Assembly: GCA_000175855.1 (NCBI GenBank)
Contig: ACYB01000035.1
Location: 270,001 to 302,000, forward strand
DNA from: Raphidiopsis brookii D9
Lineage (GTDB): Bacteria > Cyanobacteriota > Cyanobacteriia > Cyanobacteriales > Nostocaceae
Direction of reading: 5' to 3'
DNA: 32,000 nucleotides
Shown here: positions 22,278-29,402 of the stretch, piece after piece
Position numbering within the stretch: position 1 is the first letter of the stretch
Layout: each line of letters starts with the position of its first letter
The notes under the pieces: generated by a model
Database searches by the model: none
The model's input: only the letters and a program-made list of their open reading frames with translations
What the model was told of the DNA's origin: nothing
Translations under genes and position numbers: made by a program

Positions 22278-24047
22278 ATGATGCAACAAATCCAAACTAA
22301 TCAAGAAACTACTCAACTAAATAAAGAAAGAGCATTAGTTCTCCCGTTTAATACCGTGGGCATTGTGGATATTCCCTTTGTGGGGGGTAAAAATGCTTCC
22401 CTAGGGGAAATGATCCAACAGTTGACTAAACAAGGGGTAAAAGTTCCCACGGGATTCGCCACTACCGCTTATGCTTACAGATACTTCATCGCTACTGCAG
22501 GACTGGAAACTAAACTCAGAAGCATTTTTGCTAACTTGGATATAGATAATGTTGAAAATTTGCGCCAATGTGGTAAACAAGCTAGATCCCTGATGCTAGA
22601 AACCCCATTCCCCATAGAATTACAAGAGGCGATCGCCCGTTCCTATCAAATCCTGTGTCAAGAATATGGTGCTAATCTTGATGTTGCGGTACGTTCTAGC
22701 GCAACCGCTGAGGATTTACCTGATGCCAGTTTTGCGGGTCAACAAGAAACCTACCTAAATGTTCATGGAATTAAAGGTGTTTTGGATGCTTGCCATAGGT
22801 GTTTTGCCTCCATATTTACGGATAGAGCAATTTCTTATAGACAACTCAAGGGGTTTGACCACTTTGAGGTTGCTCTATCAGTAGGGGTGCAAAAAATGGT
22901 ACGTTCAGATCTAGCAAGTTCTGGAGTGATGTTCTCCATTGATACGGAGACCGGTTTCAAAGATGCAGCTTTAATCACCGCAGCTTATGGACTAGGTGAG
23001 AATGTGGTGCAAGGTGCTGTTAACCCAGATGAGTACTTGGTATTTAAACCCACCTTAAAACAGGGGTATAAACCCATTTTGCAAAAACGTTTGGGAACCA
23101 AAGAAATTAAAATGGTCTACGATTTAGGTGGAACCAAACTGACCAAAAACGTTTCTGTGTCTCCAGCACAGAGGAATAAATTTGCTTTAAACGACGATGA
23201 AATATTACAACTAGCAAATTGGGCCTGCATTATTGAAGACCATTATTCCCAAGTGCGTGGTGCTGCAACACCTATGGATATAGAATGGGCAAAGGATGGC
23301 ATTACGGGAGAACTATTTATCGTTCAAGCGAGACCAGAAACCGTACAATCACAAAAATCCAAAACCGTTCTTAGAAGTTACCAATTACAAGAAAGGGGTG
23401 ATGTCTTATTAACAGGACGTAGTGTGGGGGAAATGATTGGTCAGGGTCAAGCTAGAGTAATTCTGGACGTTCATCAGATTGGAATGTTTCAACCCGGGGA
23501 AGTGTTAGTCACTAATCGTACAGATCCGGACTGGGAACCGATTATGAAGAAAGCCAGTGCTATCGTGACCAATTCCGGTGGTAGAACCTGTCATGCGGCA
23601 ATTATCGCTAGGGAAATGGGCATTCCAGCTATAGTTGGTTGTGGAAATGCGACAACAGTTTTGAAAACCGGACAGGAAATTACCATCAGTTGTGCTGAAG
23701 GTGAAACAGGTAAGGTTTACGCAGGATTATTAAACTTTGCCATCCAAGAATTACCTTTGGATAATTTACCTCGTACCCGCACCAAAATCATGATGAATGT
23801 GGGTAATCCAGAAGAAGCTTTGGGTTTAACTGCTATTCCCAATGATGGGGTGGGTTTAGCTAGGATGGAATTTATTATTGCTAACCACATCAAAGCTCAT
23901 CCATTAGCACTGTTACACTTTGACGAACTAGAAGAGGATCTGACCAAATATAAGATTGTAGAATTGGGCATTGATTCTATCAGTCTTAACCCTGATTCTG
24001 TCATGAAAACCATGTTAGAGATTGCATCAGCAGAAGGTATAATCTAA
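22278..24047 (+). CDS. ppsA: phosphoenolpyruvate synthase, internally deleted (589 aa)
   Basis: PEP/pyruvate ATP-grasp N-terminus (FVGGKNASLGEMIQQL, VAVRSSATAEDLPDASFAGQQET), phosphohistidine motif GGRTCHAAIIAREMGIPAIVGCG, start of barrel (GLARMEFIIANHIKAHPLALLHFDEL) directly joined to C-terminal VELGIDSISLNPDSVMKTMLEIASAEG. Confidence 0.9.
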   Translation: MMQQIQTNQETTQLNKERALVLPFNTVGIVDIPFVGGKNASLGEMIQQLTKQGVKVPTGFATTAYAYRYFIATAGLETKLRSIFANLDIDNVENLRQCGKQARSLMLETPFPIELQEAIARSYQILCQEYGANLDVAVRSSATAEDLPDASFAGQQETYLNVHGIKGVLDACHRCFASIFTDRAISYRQLKGFDHFEVALSVGVQKMVRSDLASSGVMFSIDTETGFKDAALITAAYGLGENVVQGAVNPDEYLVFKPTLKQGYKPILQKRLGTKEIKMVYDLGGTKLTKNVSVSPAQRNKFALNDDEILQLANWACIIEDHYSQVRGAATPMDIEWAKDGITGELFIVQARPETVQSQKSKTVLRSYQLQERGDVLLTGRSVGEMIGQGQARVILDVHQIGMFQPGEVLVTNRTDPDWEPIMKKASAIVTNSGGRTCHAAIIAREMGIPAIVGCGNATTVLKTGQEITISCAEGETGKVYAGLLNFAIQELPLDNLPRTRTKIMMNVGNPEEALGLTAIPNDGVGLARMEFIIANHIKAHPLALLHFDELEEDLTKYKIVELGIDSISLNPDSVMKTMLEIASAEGII

Positions 24048-24112
24048 AGATGAATAATTCTTCATCCACTTTTTAGGTCCAACCATCCACTGTCCTTTGT
24101 TCTTATCTCCCA

Positions 24113-27100
24113 ATGTATCCACCTCCCAATTTTTCCCAGGACCAGCTAATTGAGCAGATAAGTTTAAATTCTACCCAGCATACAGATTTGGATTTAGATC
24201 TGTATCGGGTTATGGATCTTCAGCCCTTATTGGTCAGTCCTGACACTTCCGTATTAGATGCAATTGTTTTAATGAACCAGAAATGGAACCATGGAAATCC
24301 TCGGTTCCAATTTTCTCAATCTGGAAATTGTTATATGGACAGTAAGACGAAACAGGAGGTGACTGACTACGTTTTAATCGAAACAGACAAAAAGTTATTA
24401 GGGATATTCACTTTAACAGACTTGGCCAGAGTAGTTGCTAGTGGTACAAATCTTGCTGAAACGAAAATTGTAGAAGTGATGATTCAACCGGTCACCACAC
24501 TCAAACTATCAAATATATCAAGTGTATTAAATATTGGAACTTTAATATCAACATTTAGCAGAAATCAAATAGAGCATTTAGCAGTAATAGATGATCAGGG
24601 CAAAGTTGTAGGAATTATCAGAGAATGTGTGTTGTGGAAACAACTGGATCTTGGGAAATATGCTCATGGTAATATTACCCAGAGATTAACAGAAGAGAAA
24701 ATTGAGCAGGTCAATATTCAAGAAGAACTCCAGCAAACCATAGAAGAATTACAAATTATAGAAGAAGAACTCAGACAACAAAATCAACAATTACTAATTG
24801 CCCATGAGTTAGCTGAATTAGAAAGAAACCGCTATCATCAATTATTTGAACTTACACCTTATTGTTACTTGGTAACTGACAAACTGGGCATAATTAAAAA
24901 TGCCAACCAAACCGCATCAACCTTACTTTCTATAGAAAAACAATACCTAATAGGTAAACCAATCATAGTCTTTATTGCTCCAAAATATCGTCAGCAATTC
25001 ACTTGCCAAATAGCGGATTTTCAACCACAACAAGAATCACCAGAGCAAGAAATTTACCTGCAACCAAGAAAAGGAAAACTCTTTCCAGCTAGTGTGAAAA
25101 TAGTTGGCATATATGATCCCCATAAAAAAGAACATAGTTGGATCTGGTTAATTAACAATATTAGCGATCGCAAAAAAGCTGAGGAAGTGTTGACCAGAGC
25201 AGCGGAGGATTTAGAACAGAGAGTAGCAAAACGTACAGAAGAATTGGTGCAACTGAATCAAACCTTGAAAGCGGAAATCAAGCAACATCAAAAAACAGAA
25301 ATAGCACTGCGAGAAAGTGAAACGAGACTGACCTTAGCCCTAGAAGTTGCCAAAATGGGTATATGGGATTGGAATTTAATCACTAATGACTATATGTGGT
25401 CCGAAAGTGTTGGGCCAATGTACGGACTGCCAAGAGGTACTATATCTCCATCCTGTTATGAAGATTTACTCAGGTTAATTCACCCAGAAGATGCAGAACT
25501 TTTAAGTAATAAGTTAAGGATAGCCCTGGATAACAAAAGCGGATTTACCATTGAATTTCGTTCTATTTGGCCCGATGGTAGTTTACACTGGTTAACTAGC
25601 ACGGCACAGGTTTTCTGTAACGAAAAAAGGGAAGCTACCCGCATGATTGGCACAGTGCAAAATATATCCACTTACAAACAAAAAGAACAAAAACTCTATG
25701 AACAAGCAGCTCTACTAGATATTGCCACTGACGCTATTTTTGTGAGAGATTTTCAGACCGAGATATTATTTTGGAATCAGGGAGCACGCAGGATATATGG
25801 TTGGACTAAAGACGAAGCTATAGGCAAATATCTGAGGGATTTATTTTCTCAAAAAACAGCGATGAAACAAGAAGTAATTGCCCTAAAAGCTGTGGTTAGA
25901 TCGGGAAGTTGGCAAGGAGTATTACACAAATATAAAAAATCCGGAGAACAGGTGACGGTTGAGAGTCGTTGGACACTCATGTTTGATGCAGATGGGCAAC
26001 CAAAATCTATTTTGATTGTGGATACAGACATCACAGATAAAAAACAACTAGAAGAGCAATTTTTACGCACCCAGAGACTAGAAAGCATTGGCACTTTAGC
26101 TTGTGGTATTGCCCACGACTTGAATAATATATTGACACCTATTTTAGGGTCAGCTCAACTACTCAAACGTAAATCTGACCATATTACCCATCCCCAATTG
26201 TTGACAATGATTGAGGAGAATGCCACACGAGCTTCTTCCTTGGTTAAACAAGTTTTCTCTTTTGCAAGGGGAGCAAGTAGTGAATGGACAATTGTGCAAA
26301 TTAAACACCTAATTTTCGAAATTGTTAACCTTGCTAAACACACTTTTCCTAAGTCTATTAATTTGAAAACTAAAATAGCTAATAATCTGGCTACCGTGTT
26401 TGGAGATAGTACGGAATTGTATCAGATAATGATAAATTTAGTGGTTAATGCTCTCAATGCTATGCCATCGGGAGGAGTGCTAACTATAGCAGCGGAAAAT
26501 ACTTTTATTGATGGGAATAATCTGATCAACGAAAAATTACAACAGGGACACTATATTCTCATTACCATCATTGATACGGGAATAGGAATGTCACAAGCAG
26601 TAGCAGATAAGATTTTTGAACCATTTTTTACCACTAAACAAAATGGTTTGGGATCTGGCATAGGTTTATCCATAGTCTCTAGAATTATTCAAAAGCATAA
26701 TGGTCACCTGCAATTCTATACCCAACAGGGACAAGGAACTAAATTTGAAGTGTTTCTACCATCCATAGAAGCTCCACATCCCCCTCTTCCACAAGAATTG
26801 CCCACAGAAATAGGAAGGGGTGAGTTGATTTTAATCGTGGATGATGAACCACAAATTCGGGATGTGACTAGGATGATTTTAGAAACCCACAATTATGACA
26901 CCCTCACTGCTAGTAATGGTATGGAGGCGATCGCCATTTATGGTCAATATAAACAAGACATCAGTGTAGTTTTAATGGACATAATGATGCCAAAGATAGA
27001 TGGTATCGCTACTATTCGATCCATGAAAAAAATTAATCCATTAGTGAAGATAATTGCTTGCAGCGGAATATCTACCATAGAAGCAATTCCCGAATCTGAT

Positions 27101-27211
27101 AATACGAAAATACAAGGAGTTTTGCTGAAGCCTTATAGTGCCAGCGATTTGTTAAGTAGTATAAGCATGGTGATTAGGGGGGATTCTTCCCCCATCAATC
27201 TCCTAAACTAA
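24113..27211 (+). CDS. hybrid sensor histidine kinase: CBS pair, coiled coil, PAS/PAC repeats, HisKA, HATPase, receiver domain
   Basis: CBS-like regions (VMDLQPLLVSPDTSVLDAI..., GKVVGIIRE), PAS segments, LESIGTLACGIAHDLNNILTPILG (H box), VVNALNAMPSGG (N box), DTGIGMS, and REC with DDEPQIRDVTR/VLMDIMMPKIDG. Confidence 0.9.
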   Translation: MYPPPNFSQDQLIEQISLNSTQHTDLDLDLYRVMDLQPLLVSPDTSVLDAIVLMNQKWNHGNPRFQFSQSGNCYMDSKTKQEVTDYVLIETDKKLLGIFTLTDLARVVASGTNLAETKIVEVMIQPVTTLKLSNISSVLNIGTLISTFSRNQIEHLAVIDDQGKVVGIIRECVLWKQLDLGKYAHGNITQRLTEEKIEQVNIQEELQQTIEELQIIEEELRQQNQQLLIAHELAELERNRYHQLFELTPYCYLVTDKLGIIKNANQTASTLLSIEKQYLIGKPIIVFIAPKYRQQFTCQIADFQPQQESPEQEIYLQPRKGKLFPASVKIVGIYDPHKKEHSWIWLINNISDRKKAEEVLTRAAEDLEQRVAKRTEELVQLNQTLKAEIKQHQKTEIALRESETRLTLALEVAKMGIWDWNLITNDYMWSESVGPMYGLPRGTISPSCYEDLLRLIHPEDAELLSNKLRIALDNKSGFTIEFRSIWPDGSLHWLTSTAQVFCNEKREATRMIGTVQNISTYKQKEQKLYEQAALLDIATDAIFVRDFQTEILFWNQGARRIYGWTKDEAIGKYLRDLFSQKTAMKQEVIALKAVVRSGSWQGVLHKYKKSGEQVTVESRWTLMFDADGQPKSILIVDTDITDKKQLEEQFLRTQRLESIGTLACGIAHDLNNILTPILGSAQLLKRKSDHITHPQLLTMIEENATRASSLVKQVFSFARGASSEWTIVQIKHLIFEIVNLAKHTFPKSINLKTKIANNLATVFGDSTELYQIMINLVVNALNAMPSGGVLTIAAENTFIDGNNLINEKLQQGHYILITIIDTGIGMSQAVADKIFEPFFTTKQNGLGSGIGLSIVSRIIQKHNGHLQFYTQQGQGTKFEVFLPSIEAPHPPLPQELPTEIGRGELILIVDDEPQIRDVTRMILETHNYDTLTASNGMEAIAIYGQYKQDISVVLMDIMMPKIDGIATIRSMKKINPLVKIIACSGISTIEAIPESDNTKIQGVLLKPYSASDLLSSISMVIRGDSSPINLLN

Positions 27212-27294
27212 AATCCTAGGTAAGTCCTACATATATACCTAAAGCATGAGCAGTATCTACCAAATCTGATTTAGGATCTACCAACTGGGGACTT

Positions 27295-28305
27295 TCAAGT
27301 AAAGAACTTTCGATGGAAATACTTGTAACCTTGCCATTTTTGCCAGGCCAACATTTCATGATTTTTCCCTTGAGCAATTAAATCCACTGCGGTTTTACCA
27401 AAAGCGGTAGCAACTAGACGGTCTAAAGCTGAGGGAATACCACCCCTTTGAATATGACCTAGTACAGAAACCCTGGTATCGAAACCATGGGCAAAATTGG
27501 AAATTTGTCCTGCAACATATTGACCACGACCACATTTGGCAGATCCAATATTAGTATCTGGTATATGCTCCCCATTTACCCCATGATCATTATTTAAATC
27601 TTCTGAACAGAGTGTAGCACCTTCAGCAACCACCACGATAGCAAATTTCCTTTTCCAAGTATCTCGAAGTTCCTTCAAATGCTCACAAATACCCTGAATG
27701 GTATATGGTATTTCCGGAATTAAGATTACATCCGCACCACCAGCAATTCCAGAATGGAGAGCTAAATGACCAGCAGTGCGTCCCATAACCTCTACAATCA
27801 TTACCCGATCATGACTAGCAGCAGTAAATGTGAGACGGTTGATGGCATCCACAATAGTATTAACTGCTGTGTCAAAACCTATAGAACGTTCGGTCAAAGC
27901 CACATCATTGTCAATGGTTTTAGGAATACCAACTAAATGCCAATTCCCCATAGTAGCCAGTTCATGGATGATTTTTAAACTTCCATCTCCACCTACAGCA
28001 ATTAGAGCATCCAAACCCAAAGCTTCATAACCGGACAAAATTTCTCCAGCAGCAGCAAGGGTATCTCCCTCATTGATACTACCTAAAATTGTCCCTCCCA
28101 TATTCAATAAAGGATCTATTCCCCGTAAATTCCAACCATGTATACTCAAGGGGATAGTTTGTCTTTGCTGTAACCCTTGGGTAGCATAAGGAATGCCAAC
28201 CACCTCCCAATTATATGTTAGTATGGCGTGACTTACGACCGCGCGAATCACACAATTTAACCCGGGACAGTCTCCACCACTTGTGAGGATACCAATGCGT
28301 TTCAT
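27295..28305 (-). CDS. pfkA: 6-phosphofructokinase; C-terminus apparently frameshifted (restored end 27216)
   Basis: MKRIGILTSGGDCPGLNCVIRAVV, AVGGDGSL, GIPKTIDNDVALTERSIGFDTAVNT, LGHIQRGGIPSALDR. Confidence 0.93.
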   Translation of the reverse strand: MKRIGILTSGGDCPGLNCVIRAVVSHAILTYNWEVVGIPYATQGLQQRQTIPLSIHGWNLRGIDPLLNMGGTILGSINEGDTLAAAGEILSGYEALGLDALIAVGGDGSLKIIHELATMGNWHLVGIPKTIDNDVALTERSIGFDTAVNTIVDAINRLTFTAASHDRVMIVEVMGRTAGHLALHSGIAGGADVILIPEIPYTIQGICEHLKELRDTWKRKFAIVVVAEGATLCSEDLNNDHGVNGEHIPDTNIGSAKCGRGQYVAGQISNFAHGFDTRVSVLGHIQRGGIPSALDRLVATAFGKTAVDLIAQGKNHEMLAWQKWQGYKYFHRKFFT

Positions 28306-28358
28306 ATTGCCAACTACCTTGAATTTCTCAATACCAGTGACCTATTATCTGTGACCAA

Positions 28359-29390
28359 TTAACCTATATGTGTTGAGATTTGTATCTTTTTTTGTGATCC
28401 CGGTTGATAACTTTGCAAAACTTTCATATATTGGGCCCTTTCAAAAGTGGTAGGATCAGGACAGTTGAGCTGACTCATGGTACCCTGCATTTGTCTAACG
28501 GATTCGTATTCGTGGGTCTCCATCCATTTAATTACATCCTGCTGTAATGATTTAAGATAATTAATTCCATTTCGCAAAATTACAGAGCAGAGCATAGTTG
28601 TACTTGCACCAACCATAAGCATTTTAATAATATCCTGAGCATTGTGAATACCACTAGTTGCAGCAAGACTACCCTGAATATGACCATAGAGGATCGCTAT
28701 CCAGCGTAGGGGTAACCGCATGGCTTGGGGCGTACTTAAAAGAACCTGGGGTTCAACCTCTAAGGTTTCTAAATTAATGTCGGGTTGATAAAACCGATTA
28801 AATAAGACCAGTCCATCAGCTCCAGCACGGTCTAAACGTTTTGCCATATTAGCAGTATTAGTAAAATAGGGACTGAGTTTGACGGAAACAGGAATTGTCA
28901 CCGATTTTTTGACTGATCGAAGAATATCAATATAATTCTGTTCAACTTCCGCACTGGTTAAATCTGGATTGGTAGGAACATAGTAGATATTTAATTCCAG
29001 TGCAGATGCTCCTGCTTGCTGCATCAGTTGACCATATTCTGTCCACCCACCAGGAGAGAACCCGTTTAAACTGGCAATGATAGGAATATTGACTTGCTCT
29101 TTAGCTGTGCGAATATGTTCTAAATATTCTTGTGGACCAACGCGAAAATCTGCTGGTTCAGGAAAATAGGTCAACGCTTCCGCAAAACTTTCTGTTCCAT
29201 AGGTAAGATGATGATGGAGTTCATATTTTTCCAAAGTCAACTGTTCTTCAAATAGTGAGTGCATCACCACAGCACCTGCACCCGCATCTTCCATCAATTT
29301 GATGTTATCCACATCTTGAGAAGAGGAGAAGCAGAAGGGGACAAGGGGTGATTTTAATTCCATTCCTAGATAGTTAGTAGTCAGGTTCAT
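28359..29390 (-). CDS. dihydroorotate dehydrogenase-like protein (nifJ-associated)
   Basis: MNLTTNYLGMELKSPLVPFCFSSSQ..., FMN-type TIM barrel (VSVKLSPYF, AGADGLVLFNRF); 12 nt downstream of nifJ on the same strand. Confidence 0.85.
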   Translation of the reverse strand: MNLTTNYLGMELKSPLVPFCFSSSQDVDNIKLMEDAGAGAVVMHSLFEEQLTLEKYELHHHLTYGTESFAEALTYFPEPADFRVGPQEYLEHIRTAKEQVNIPIIASLNGFSPGGWTEYGQLMQQAGASALELNIYYVPTNPDLTSAEVEQNYIDILRSVKKSVTIPVSVKLSPYFTNTANMAKRLDRAGADGLVLFNRFYQPDINLETLEVEPQVLLSTPQAMRLPLRWIAILYGHIQGSLAATSGIHNAQDIIKMLMVGASTTMLCSVILRNGINYLKSLQQDVIKWMETHEYESVRQMQGTMSQLNCPDPTTFERAQYMKVLQSYQPGSQKKIQISTHIG

Positions 29391-29402
29391 AATGGGTGTG
29401 TG

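Noticed and set aside
25480-26343. Antisense ORFs inside the hybrid histidine kinase
   Set aside because: Short, low-support reverse frames of a long multi-domain CDS.
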